Assembly (NCBI GenBank): GCA_005799545.1
Contig: SYGM01000073.1
Location: 1,190 to 65,189 of the forward strand
DNA length: 64,000 nt
Source of the DNA: Planctomycetia bacterium
GTDB lineage: Bacteria; Planctomycetota; UBA1135; GCA-002686595
Reading direction: 5' to 3'
The notes under the pieces: model-generated
Database searches by the model: none
What the model was told of the DNA's origin: nothing
The model's input: the letters and a program-made list of their open reading frames with translations, nothing else
Translations under genes and position numbers: made by a program
Shown: piece after piece, positions 7,899 through 16,864 of the stretch
How positions within the stretch are numbered: the first letter of the stretch is position 1
Layout of the letters: each line of letters starts with the position of its first letter

Positions 7899-10466
7899 TC
7901 AGCGCTGGGCTTCGATCTTCTTCAGCTCGTCGCGGACATCGGTGATGCGCGCGCGGATCAGGATCATCAGCGACTTGTTCTCGTCGCTGTAGCCTTCCTG
8001 CTTGAAGAAGAAGCCCACGATCGGGATCTTCGCGAACCAGGGGACTTCGGCGCGGCGCTCGACGTTGCGCACGTTCGACAGGCCGCCCAGCATGATCGAT
8101 CCGCCGTCCGGGATGATCGCGCTGGTGAAGACGCTCTGAACCTGAACTTCCGGCAGCTGGAACTCGACGGGGGAGGTGTTGCCGCCCAGGGTCGAGCTGA
8201 AGTCGCGCAGCGCGACGACCTTGGCGACCGTAGGCTGGATTTCCAGCGTCAGGTAGCGGCGGTCCTGGTGGATCGTCGGACGCACATCGAGGACCACGCC
8301 CTCGTTGAGGACGTTGACCTGCGGGTCGGCGACGGCCTGGAACTGGGCCACTTCGACGTCGAAGTCCTGGATGAACGCGCGCTGGTTGATGACCGTGACA
8401 TAGCCGCGCTGGGTGTTGTGCACCGAGAGCACCTGATCGTTCACCAGTTCGATGTTCGAGGACTTCTCGACCGCGCGCAGGATCGCCGACAGATCCAGCT
8501 TCGACAGGTAGGCGAGCTGGAAGGTCATGCCACCCACGTTGGTGAGCGTGCTGCCGAGCTGCTTGCCGAAGTAGTTCTGGGTCGTGGCGAGGTACGAGCC
8601 GTCCTGACCGTCATCGTAGAAGATGCCGGCGGAGGGGTGACCTGCCTGGTTGGTCTGGCCCGTGCCGCCATTGTCGAGGCCGCGCGAAGCCATGTCTTCC
8701 AGACCGTTGGTCACGTCATCGAGCTCGATGCCGTCAAGACCCCGGAAGTCGACACCGATCTCCTGGATCCAGTTCTGGCTGACGGTGAGGAACTTCGACT
8801 CGATGGTCACCAGCGAGGAGTTGAAGCGGCGCAGATCCTCGAGGAAGCTGCGGACTTCTTCCTGCACCAGAGCGGTGTGGGTGATCAGGATGTAGCCTTC
8901 GCGGGCATCAATGCTGATGCCTTCGTCCTGCCACGTGCCGACCGCCACGTTCTCCTGAATCAGTGTGGCGAGGTCCGCCGGCTCGATCAGCTTGGGCTTC
9001 TCGCCGATGCCGCCGAAGGGGCCGCCGCCATCGTCATCCGTCATGCGATCCACGAGGCGCAGCTCGTTGATGCGCGGACCCATGAAGTCGGTCAGACCGA
9101 AAATCAGGTCCTGAACGTCATGGTTGACGGTCTTGGGAGCGCCGCGGGCCTTCTCGCGCGTGGTCACCAGCACGACATCGTGCTTGATGGTCCAGGTGAC
9201 GCCTTCGGGGATCATCCCGATCGTCAGGTTGAGCGCTTGCTCCATGTTGAGCTTGTGCTCGAGCGAGAAGTTGAATACGACGCCATTGGCCGCCGCTTCC
9301 GCAGCCGGGTCGACGATCAGCGGCAGGCCGGTGATCGTCTTCATCATGTCGATCACCTTCGTGAGGCTTTCCTCATCGGCGATCTTCGGCATTTGGATCG
9401 TCGTGGTGCGCAGTTGCTCGCGCAGCGCGATCTCGCCTTCGCTCATCTTGGAGGAGATGTCGTAGCCCGGACGCTTGGCGCGGCGAGCGGTGATCTCGTT
9501 CCAGAACTCGGCATCGGGCGTCGTGATCGGCTCGGTCCACGGGATCTGCATCTCGCGGAGCGATTCCTGCCAGCGGCGGAACTGTTCCTTCTTGCGCTGG
9601 ACGTACTCTTCCTTGACCTGCGTACGGCCGGCGCGGAACGCCGAGTCGCGCAGCTCGATCGCCTGCTCATTGCGCGGATCGCGCGCGAGCACCTCCTTGG
9701 CGAGCTTCTCCGCCGTCTCGTAGTCAGCTTCCTCGAACGCAGTGATGGCGCGGTCGAGAGTGTTGGCGATCTGCGAGTTCTTGCGCTCGCCGACCGCGGC
9801 TTCCTCGGCCTGGAGGCGCTCGAAGGCCTCGCGCTGCTGGCGCTCGGCTTGAGCCTTCTCGGCGGCGGTGCGGGTCGCCTTTGTGCTCTCGAGCAGCGAC
9901 TTGGCTTCCTGGTCGACGCCTTCCCAGTTGATGGAGTAGGGGGCGAAGCGCACCAGGTTGTTGACGATCTCCAGCTCGGCGATGGCGCCGGAGTAGTCCG
10001 AGCGCGCGATCATGAGCTTGGCTTGACGCAGGCCGTCTTCGGCCTCGGCGCGCAGCTCCTGAACCTTGAGCTTGTAGAGATCGGACATCTGGTCCGCGAT
10101 GCTCTGGTCCGTGCCCACGGCCTCGCCCTTGAGGGCGAGAATTTCCAGACGCAGCTTGCGGGCGGCGCCATGGTCGGGGTCGAGCGCCAGAGCCGCATCG
10201 GCTTCACGCAGGGCCTCGTCGAGGCGGACCTGCGCGAGCATTTCGCGGCTGGTGGCGAGGTACTGATCGATCAGCACAACCTTGCGCTGGTCGGCCAGGG
10301 AGAGCTTCTGGGCATCGGCGGTCAGCTGGCTGTCGGCGCTCGCCTGCTCGGAGGCCTGCTCGGCCGGCTTGCGATCAACCGGGGCAGGGCTCTTGCTGGG
10401 AGCCGTCGACTGGCAGCTGGCCGCGGCGGCCAGAGCGAGGATCAGGGCGGAGTTCGTCTTCCTCAT
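7899..10466 (-). CDS. Secretin-family outer-membrane channel (GspD/PilQ superfamily) with lipoprotein signal and long TPR/coiled N-terminal region
   Basis: 'MRKTNSALILALAAAASCQS' (lipobox). C-terminal secretin domain '...NTQRGYVTVINQRAFIQDFDVEVA...GGSIMLGGL...VPWFAKIPIVGFFFKQEGYSDENKSLMILIRARI'. Confidence 0.85.
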   Translation of the reverse strand: MRKTNSALILALAAAASCQSTAPSKSPAPVDRKPAEQASEQASADSQLTADAQKLSLADQRKVVLIDQYLATSREMLAQVRLDEALREADAALALDPDHGAARKLRLEILALKGEAVGTDQSIADQMSDLYKLKVQELRAEAEDGLRQAKLMIARSDYSGAIAELEIVNNLVRFAPYSINWEGVDQEAKSLLESTKATRTAAEKAQAERQQREAFERLQAEEAAVGERKNSQIANTLDRAITAFEEADYETAEKLAKEVLARDPRNEQAIELRDSAFRAGRTQVKEEYVQRKKEQFRRWQESLREMQIPWTEPITTPDAEFWNEITARRAKRPGYDISSKMSEGEIALREQLRTTTIQMPKIADEESLTKVIDMMKTITGLPLIVDPAAEAAANGVVFNFSLEHKLNMEQALNLTIGMIPEGVTWTIKHDVVLVTTREKARGAPKTVNHDVQDLIFGLTDFMGPRINELRLVDRMTDDDGGGPFGGIGEKPKLIEPADLATLIQENVAVGTWQDEGISIDAREGYILITHTALVQEEVRSFLEDLRRFNSSLVTIESKFLTVSQNWIQEIGVDFRGLDGIELDDVTNGLEDMASRGLDNGGTGQTNQAGHPSAGIFYDDGQDGSYLATTQNYFGKQLGSTLTNVGGMTFQLAYLSKLDLSAILRAVEKSSNIELVNDQVLSVHNTQRGYVTVINQRAFIQDFDVEVAQFQAVADPQVNVLNEGVVLDVRPTIHQDRRYLTLEIQPTVAKVVALRDFSSTLGGNTSPVEFQLPEVQVQSVFTSAIIPDGGSIMLGGLSNVRNVERRAEVPWFAKIPIVGFFFKQEGYSDENKSLMILIRARITDVRDELKKIEAQR

Positions 10467-10519
10467 CGGGGGGATCTCGCGTGTTCGCTAGTGGAGTGCG
10501 TGTGGGGGAGGGGTGAGGA

Positions 10520-13165
10520 TCAGAGGCGGCTCTTCTTGACCTGCGGACGCAGCTGGGCCGGGGTCGGCTCATGCTCGATCGGGATCACGATGCTGGCCTT
10601 CAGCAGCACCAGGAGCTTGCGGTTCGAGACATAGTTGCCCTGACGGTCAAACAGGAACGACACGATCGGGATCTTGTTCAGGATCGGGACGCCGGATGCC
10701 ATGTCCTGACGGTCCGAAACCTTCATGCCGCCGAGCAGCACGGTGCCGCCATCGGGCATCGGGATCGAGGTGCGCACGCGCTGATACTCGACCTCGGGCA
10801 GCTGGATGGTGACCGAGTTCTGCGAACCCAGCGTGGTTACGACCTCGCGGATCGGGCGCTTGAGAGCTGCGATCGTCGGGCGCAGTTCCAGCGTGATGAA
10901 CCGACGATCGGCGGAGACCACCGGACGGACGTCGAGCACCACTCCGTCTTGGACCACATTGATAACCGGGTCGGCGATCGAAGACGCCTGCGCGATTTCC
11001 ACGTTGAAGTCCTGCACGTAGGCAACCTGGTTGAGCACCGAGAGGTTGCCGCGGGCGGTGTTGTAGACCGTGATGCGCGGGCTGGTGACCAGCTGGACGC
11101 GCTCGCTCTTCGAGACCGCGCGCAGGATCAGCTCCAGCTGCAGGTCGTTGAGGTAGGTCCACTGGAAGGAGAGACCGCCGGAGCCGTCGATGACGTTTTC
11201 GTCACCCAGACCCACGTCGTACAGCTCCTCAACGCGGGCGCGCATGTCGCCTTCCGCGTTGCCAAGGCCCTTGTTGTAGAAGGCGCCCAGGTCGGTGTCC
11301 TGACCGATTTCCTTGCCCAGATCAGCCTGCGCCGTCGGGTCGCCGAAATCGTTGAAGAACTCGTTGGTTCCCTGGCCGGGCGAACCCAGACCGCGGAAGT
11401 CGACGCCGATGTCTTCGAGGAAGTTATCCTCGACCTTCAGGAAGCGCGCCTGGATATCGACCATGATGCCGGTCGCTTCACGCAGGTCGGAGAGCAGCTT
11501 GACGATCTGCTCGTGCACTTCGGGCGTCTGGTTGACGACCATCTGGCCGGTGGGGGTGATGCGCAGGCTGTTGCGCGGATCCGCATCCCAGCTGCCGACC
11601 GCAACGCTGTTGCGGATCAGCGTGTCGAGGGCATCGGAGGTCAGCACGTTGGCTTCGCGCTCGGCGACTTCCTCCTCGGAGAGTTGCGCTCCGCCCGAGG
11701 GCGACACGTTCATCTCCTTGGCCGGGAAGTCGGGGATCGGATGGATCAGGTCGCGCACTTCGTAGGTCGCGAGGATCTGACCGCCGGTCATCTCCTCCTT
11801 GACCACGAACTTGACGACGCCGTCTTCGATCTTCCAGCGCAGGCTCTCGCTCGTCTCGGCAATGATGTCGAGCACCTTGGCGACGCTGCGCGCCGTGTCG
11901 AGCTTGAGACGGACGGTCTTCTGCTCTTCATCCAGCTCCGAGTTGGCCTTGGGGCTGACGATGAAGTTGACGCCGGTCGCCATCTGCAGGTACGAGGCCA
12001 CATCCGCCAGCGCGGACCCGGTGCCCTCGGCCGTTTCGAAGCGCGGGGTGATGGAGGTCGTGTTGAGACGCTCCATGATCGCCGCCTTCTCGGCGTTGGT
12101 GCCCTGCGTCAGGCTGGTGAACTCCAGCGGCTTGCGCTCGCTGACCTCGGCCCAGCGCTTGAGGTCGTCGAAGACCAGCGCCGAATCCTGCGGGATGTTC
12201 ATCGTTTCCAGTTCCTCGAAGGTGCGCACCCACTGCTCGCGGTAGTTGCGGCGCGTCGTCTCCTCGGTCTTGGCGTGGCGGGCATCGCGCGCGATCTGGC
12301 GGAGCTCGCGGGCGGCCTGATTCTGCGGGTCGTTGAGCAGGATCTGGTCGCAGTACGACTCAGCCTTCTCGAACTTCTCGTTGAGGAAGGCGGCGTGCGC
12401 GTTGTCGAACAGCGAGCGCAGCACGTTCTGGCGGTATTCCGCCTCTTCCGTCTCGCGCTTCTCGCGCTCGGCGCGGGCGGCGTCCTCGGCCTGGGCAGCG
12501 CGTTGGCGCGCCAGCTCGTCGCTCATCTCCAGAGCGCGGGCCAGCTTGCCGCTGACGATCTTCTCGTCGAGGCTGTCCGTGGCGATCAGCGGGTTGTAGC
12601 GCAGGATCATCTGAGCCTGGCGGTAGTTCTCCACCGCGGCCTCCAGATCACCGCTGCGCAGCGCGTTGTCGCCGGCGATGTCCTTTTCCTCGGCGGCCAT
12701 GCGAGCCTGGGCGCGGCGCACCATCTGCTGGCTGGCGGCGTCCTGGATCTGCTGGGCGGCGTCGGCGTAGGAATCGCCCATCAGTGCGCGCACCTTGAGC
12801 AGGCTGGCGCGGGCTTGGGCGTTGGAGGGTGCCAGCTCCAGAGCGGAGGAGTAGGACTCCAGCGCGGCGTAGAGATCGCCACGCTCCAGCTCGCGATCAC
12901 CGCGCGTCTGGTACTCGGAGGCGAGGAAGCTGCGCTGCTGAGCGCGGCGCTGCTCCGTCGCGGCATCCGCGGACAGGTTGGGCTCTTGGCCTGCAGGAGC
13001 GGCCGGCGCGGAAGCTTCGATCACCGCAGCCTGTTCGGCTTGAGTGGTCTCGCTCGCACCGCCCGCAACGGGCGTGTCCGAAGAAGCGTTCGTCTTCGGC
13101 GCAGTCGAGTTGCAGGAGCAGGGGAACGCCGCCAGAAGCGGGAGGAGGATCGACCTCAGCTGCAT
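10520..13165 (-). CDS. Second secretin-family outer-membrane channel, paralogue of the downstream gene (lipoprotein signal + TPR N-terminus)
   Basis: 'MQLRSILLPLLAAFPCSCNS'. '...NTARGNLSVLNQVAYVQDFNVEIA...GGTVLLGGM...VPILNKIPIVSFLFDRQGNYVSNRKLLVLLKASIV'. Same architecture as 7899..10466. Confidence 0.85.
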   Translation of the reverse strand: MQLRSILLPLLAAFPCSCNSTAPKTNASSDTPVAGGASETTQAEQAAVIEASAPAAPAGQEPNLSADAATEQRRAQQRSFLASEYQTRGDRELERGDLYAALESYSSALELAPSNAQARASLLKVRALMGDSYADAAQQIQDAASQQMVRRAQARMAAEEKDIAGDNALRSGDLEAAVENYRQAQMILRYNPLIATDSLDEKIVSGKLARALEMSDELARQRAAQAEDAARAEREKRETEEAEYRQNVLRSLFDNAHAAFLNEKFEKAESYCDQILLNDPQNQAARELRQIARDARHAKTEETTRRNYREQWVRTFEELETMNIPQDSALVFDDLKRWAEVSERKPLEFTSLTQGTNAEKAAIMERLNTTSITPRFETAEGTGSALADVASYLQMATGVNFIVSPKANSELDEEQKTVRLKLDTARSVAKVLDIIAETSESLRWKIEDGVVKFVVKEEMTGGQILATYEVRDLIHPIPDFPAKEMNVSPSGGAQLSEEEVAEREANVLTSDALDTLIRNSVAVGSWDADPRNSLRITPTGQMVVNQTPEVHEQIVKLLSDLREATGIMVDIQARFLKVEDNFLEDIGVDFRGLGSPGQGTNEFFNDFGDPTAQADLGKEIGQDTDLGAFYNKGLGNAEGDMRARVEELYDVGLGDENVIDGSGGLSFQWTYLNDLQLELILRAVSKSERVQLVTSPRITVYNTARGNLSVLNQVAYVQDFNVEIAQASSIADPVINVVQDGVVLDVRPVVSADRRFITLELRPTIAALKRPIREVVTTLGSQNSVTIQLPEVEYQRVRTSIPMPDGGTVLLGGMKVSDRQDMASGVPILNKIPIVSFLFDRQGNYVSNRKLLVLLKASIVIPIEHEPTPAQLRPQVKKSRL

Positions 13166-13581
13166 GGATTCGCGGACCTTGCCTAGGTTTCGAGGGCCAT
13201 GACACCGACACTCCTCAGGGGAGCGGGGGCATGAGCCGTTGGGGGGTAGTACGGTCTATTACGGGGGGGTGATGCTTGCGCAGGCCTTGCGGGCCGGCCA
13301 GCGTCCGAACGCAGTACCGCTGGCGGGGGGAGAAACTCGTTCACGGCACGGCGCGCGTGCAGTGCAGGCCTTGCAGCCTGACTTGGCAGTTCGACGGCAC
13401 TCCGCGCGGGAGCGCCCCAAGTCTGACGAGGTTCCCCGCAAGGGGCTCGTTGTCCGGATTGTGTCAAGAACGGGCGGGGAGCTTACCTACGCGCAACCAT
13501 CGGGTCAACGAATGGAAACGCGTCAGCGATGCTTTCCGCAGTTTTTTTGGCGACGCGGTCTAGCCGGGGGGAGCGGAGAAG

Positions 13582-14382
13582 TTACCGATTGCCACCGGAA
13601 GGAATGGGGATACCCAGCACGCCCATGGCGAGCTGGATGTCCTTCCAGCATTCCTTCTTCTCTCCCGGGCTGCGCAGCAGGTAGGCGGGGTGGTAGGTCG
13701 GGACCACTTGGCGCCCGCCGATTTCATGGATACGGGTGCGCATTTCACCCATGGAAGCCTCGCGGCCCAGGATGTGCATGGATGCGTGGCGCCCCAGCGG
13801 AATCAGGACCTTCGGGTCGTGCAGCTCGATCTGGCGGTCCAGCCAGGGGGTGCAGATCGACTTCTCCTCGGGGGTGGGCTCGCGGTTGTCCGGCGGCCGG
13901 CACTTGAGCACGTTGGCGATCAGCACCTCTTCGCGGGCGATGCCCATGCCCTTGGTGATGATGTCGGTCAGCAGCTGGCCGGCGCGGCCTACGAAAGGCA
14001 CGCCCGTGCGGTCTTCGTCGGCTCCGGGGGCTTCGCCGATGAACATCAGGCGGCGCACGGGGCTGCCATCCTGAAAAACGGTCTGCGTGCGGGTCTTGTG
14101 CAGCGAGCAGGCCTCGCAGCGCGCAACGCAGCCGCGCAGCTCCTCCAGAGTGCGGGCCGCCTTGGCCTGGGCGCGCACATCAGCACCGCTGCGCGCGGGG
14201 GCCGGCCCGCTTGCGGCGGGTTCCGTCACAGCCTTTGCCGCTGCCTTGGGCTCGGCTTTGGGCTCGGCTTTGGTGGATCGGGTGGCTCTCGTGGATCGGG
14301 CCCCGCGCGCCTTGGCGCGCTGGATCTCTTTGCGGGCTCCGCTCACCAGTTGGCTCCATTCTTCGCGCACATCATCGTTCAC
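13582..14382 (-). CDS. Uracil-DNA glycosylase, family 4 (Fe-S type), with Ala/Lys/Pro-rich N-terminal extension
   Basis: '[19 protein letters not shown]', '[23 protein letters not shown]' and 'HPAYLLR' are family-4 UDG motifs. The N-terminus contains '[15 protein letters not shown]'. Confidence 0.85.
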   Translation of the reverse strand: MNDDVREEWSQLVSGARKEIQRAKARGARSTRATRSTKAEPKAEPKAAAKAVTEPAASGPAPARSGADVRAQAKAARTLEELRGCVARCEACSLHKTRTQTVFQDGSPVRRLMFIGEAPGADEDRTGVPFVGRAGQLLTDIITKGMGIAREEVLIANVLKCRPPDNREPTPEEKSICTPWLDRQIELHDPKVLIPLGRHASMHILGREASMGEMRTRIHEIGGRQVVPTYHPAYLLRSPGEKKECWKDIQLAMGVLGIPIPSGGNR

Positions 14383-14411
14383 GCCCGCGGAAGATACCCT
14401 ATCCGCGCCGC

Positions 14412-15716
14412 ATGATGCACAAGGCCCTCATTTTGTCGCTGTCCCTGCTGGCCTTCGGCTGCAGTCCCCAGTCACCCCAGGAACCTGCGGCTGCGCAGAC
14501 GGACTCCGGATCGGCTCCGCAGGCAGCGGCCTCGGCCTCCCAGGCGCCACTGCGGTCCCATCCGCGCGTTCGGTCCGTCGAGCTCGACCAGCTGCGGCGC
14601 GCGCTGGATCTGGGCGAACGCGAAAAGGCGCTGGCGCTGATCGCGCATGCCGACGGCGCCGGGGCCGAGGAAGCATTCCTGTTGCGCGCACGCCTTGCCG
14701 CCATGGAAGGCAAGGGCATCGAGGCACTGCGACTGGTCGAGGCGGCGCGCGCGCAGTTCCCGAAGTCGCCAGCCGTGTATGCGACCGCCGCCGAGGTCTA
14801 TGCGACCAGCGAGGGTTTCGACAGCGCCGCGCGCGAGATCGTGCGCGGCGAGAAGGAGTGCGGGAAAAGCCCCGAATTCCTGCGTGCGCGCGGCATCATC
14901 TCGATCCTGAAGCCCGGCGGTGCCGCCAAGGGCCTCGCGGAACTGGAGAGCGCGCGCAAGGCCGATCCGGACCTGCCCTTCGTGCTCCGTCCGCTGGGAC
15001 AGGCTCATTTGCTCGTCGCCAAGGAAGCAGCCAAGCAGGATCAGCGTGCGCGGGCGCTGGAGCACGCGCAGTTCTCGGTGTCCTTCGATCCGCTGGATGT
15101 GGATGCGCGGCGCTTCCTCTCGGAGTGTCTCGCCGCGAGCGGCGATTTCGAGGGCGCGCGCACGCTGCTCTCGGCGCTGGTCGCCGAGGGGGAGCCGCTG
15201 GGTTCCGAGCTTGCGCTGCTGGAAAAGCGCGCCGGCATCGCCGCGCTGCTGCAGCGCGAGCGCGAACGCGCACTGGAGCATTTCCGCGAGGCTCGCCGGC
15301 TGGGACTCAGCGATGAGGAACTCTCCAGCGGGGCGCGCCTGCTCTCCGAAGCTTCGGCGGCGCATCTCGAGCGCGGCATGCAGGCCTATCAGCGCCAGGA
15401 GCTCGCAGCAGCCGAGGAGGCGTTCCGCGCCGCGCTGCGCGATGAGCCCGATTCGCTGGCGGCGAGGAATCACCTGGCCGTGACGCTGTACAGCCGCGGG
15501 GGCTTCGCCGAGGCCGCGGGACTGTGGGAGCAGGTGCTCGCAGTGGCGAATGCCGAGGGTCTGGAGCTGCCCGAACCGGTCGAGCTCAACCTCGCGAAGG
15601 CCTGGCGCTCGGCGGGCGAGAGAGAAAAGGCGCGCGCGGTGCTGCAGTCCTTTGTTACAAGCAAGCCCCAGTCGGCGCACGCAGTGCTCGCGCGCGCGAT
15701 GCTCGAAACCCTCTGA
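14412..15716 (+). CDS. TPR-repeat lipoprotein
   Basis: Start moved to ATG 14412, giving 'MMHKALILSLSLLAFGCS' (lipobox). Repeated Ala/Leu-rich TPR-like helices throughout. Upstream of 14412 the track ORF (from 14211) overlaps the divergent UDG gene. Confidence 0.7.
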   Translation: MMHKALILSLSLLAFGCSPQSPQEPAAAQTDSGSAPQAAASASQAPLRSHPRVRSVELDQLRRALDLGEREKALALIAHADGAGAEEAFLLRARLAAMEGKGIEALRLVEAARAQFPKSPAVYATAAEVYATSEGFDSAAREIVRGEKECGKSPEFLRARGIISILKPGGAAKGLAELESARKADPDLPFVLRPLGQAHLLVAKEAAKQDQRARALEHAQFSVSFDPLDVDARRFLSECLAASGDFEGARTLLSALVAEGEPLGSELALLEKRAGIAALLQRERERALEHFREARRLGLSDEELSSGARLLSEASAAHLERGMQAYQRQELAAAEEAFRAALRDEPDSLAARNHLAVTLYSRGGFAEAAGLWEQVLAVANAEGLELPEPVELNLAKAWRSAGEREKARAVLQSFVTSKPQSAHAVLARAMLETL

Positions 15717-15724
15717 GTACTTCC

Positions 15725-16864
15725 ATGCCTCGGATTCACTCCCTCGCTTTCCTGCTGATTTCCCTGTTCACACTTCCGCTCTGCGCGCAGGGCTCCGGCG
15801 ACGAGCAGATCACTCTGCTCAACCGTCAGGTGCTCGAGGCCTGTCAGGAGAAGAAATACGACCAGGCGCTGCGCGCGCTGGAGCAGCTCGATGCGCTGCA
15901 GCCGCAGCACACGGGCAATGCGTACAACTTCGCCTGCGTCTACAGCCTGCGGGGCAACGTCGAGGAAGGGCTGGCCTGGCTCGATCGTGCCGTGTCGTGG
16001 GGCTTCGGCGGCTCGCGTGCGACGATCTATGTGCCGGGTTCAACGGCACCGGCTCCGCAGTGGCATGCCCAGATGGCCGAGAAGGATCTCGACCTGGCGA
16101 AGCTGCGCGCGGATCCGCGCTTTGCGCGACTGATCGAGCGCATGCGCGCTACGCAGAAGCGCGTCGAGGAATACACCGCGCGAGCAGGCGTGTTCGTGCC
16201 AGCCGCGCTCAAGGAGCAGAAGACCGCTCCGGTGCTGGTGCTGCTGCATCGCGCGGGGTCGGACAAGGAGGTCGCGCTCGCGCGCTGGAGCCGCTTCGCC
16301 GAGCAGCACGGTCAGGTGCTGCTGGTGCCCTGCGCGCCTGTGCCGATGAAGGAGGCGGCCGTCGCGGGCATGCGCTGGATCGATGATGCGGTCGCATTCC
16401 GCGCAGGTCAGGATCGCGGCGCGGCGCTGGGGTGCGTGCAACAGGCGCAGGCGCAGCTGGCAGCCCAGGGCATTCAACCCGCGGGCCTGACCTTCGCCGG
16501 AGAGGGTGAGGGCGGCACGCTGGCACTGCTGGCGGCGTTCGCGAATGCGAAGCAGACGCGCGCCGTCTGCGTGGTCGATCCGCTCTTCGATCTCAACTGG
16601 GTGTACGCGCAATCCTCCGCGGCCGCGGAGTCAGGCCTGCGTCTCATCTGGATCCAGTCACTCCCGGAGGATACGGCCGCGCTGGAGAGCGCCAAGGCTG
16701 CGCAGGCGCGCCTGCGCACGCAGTGTGCGCAGTGGGGGCTCGCCGGAGCGGGTTTTCAGCTGGAGAAACTCGCCGGAGATGCCGAGCGCGAGCAGTCACT
16801 CGAGGCTCATCTGGGCAGCTCGCTCTCGGGCTCCAGCGGTTCCTTGCCGCCGAGCTCCAAGTAG
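15725..16864 (+). CDS. Secreted protein: N-terminal TPR-like region + alpha/beta-hydrolase (esterase/PHB-depolymerase-like) fold, nucleophile motif apparently degenerate
   Basis: Start at ATG 15725 gives signal peptide 'MPRIHSLAFLLISLFTLPLCAQG'. 'PVLVLLHRAGSD...LLVPCAP' resembles esterase strands. 'FAGEGEGGTLA' sits where G-x-S-x-G is expected. Confidence 0.5.
   Translation: MPRIHSLAFLLISLFTLPLCAQGSGDEQITLLNRQVLEACQEKKYDQALRALEQLDALQPQHTGNAYNFACVYSLRGNVEEGLAWLDRAVSWGFGGSRATIYVPGSTAPAPQWHAQMAEKDLDLAKLRADPRFARLIERMRATQKRVEEYTARAGVFVPAALKEQKTAPVLVLLHRAGSDKEVALARWSRFAEQHGQVLLVPCAPVPMKEAAVAGMRWIDDAVAFRAGQDRGAALGCVQQAQAQLAAQGIQPAGLTFAGEGEGGTLALLAAFANAKQTRAVCVVDPLFDLNWVYAQSSAAAESGLRLIWIQSLPEDTAALESAKAAQARLRTQCAQWGLAGAGFQLEKLAGDAEREQSLEAHLGSSLSGSSGSLPPSSK

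Noticed and set aside
8268-13186. Long plus-strand ORFs 8268..10634 (788 aa) and 10571..13186 (871 aa).
   Set aside because: They lie exactly antisense to the two secretin genes. Their composition is dominated by R/A/G/L/V/D/H with no motifs, signal peptides or TM segments. The minus-strand products have unmistakable secretin signatures. These are typical high-G+C shadow ORFs.
13239-13907. 222-aa plus-strand ORF (and small minus-strand ORFs 13183..13467 and 13259..13441) in the large intergenic gap.
   Set aside because: The composition is Arg/Gly/Pro-rich and non-protein-like. The long one runs antisense into the UDG gene. None has an SD or signal. The region is treated as non-coding.
16807-16864. 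58-nt convergent overlap of 15725..16864 and 16807..17703. Similar cases: 28 nt at 1024..1051 and 38 nt at 46148..46185.
   Set aside because: These could hint at mis-called genes or antisense regulation. Both partners in each pair have protein-like sequence up to near their stops, and 3' overlaps are common in compact high-G+C genomes. Noted, but not treated as a separate system.
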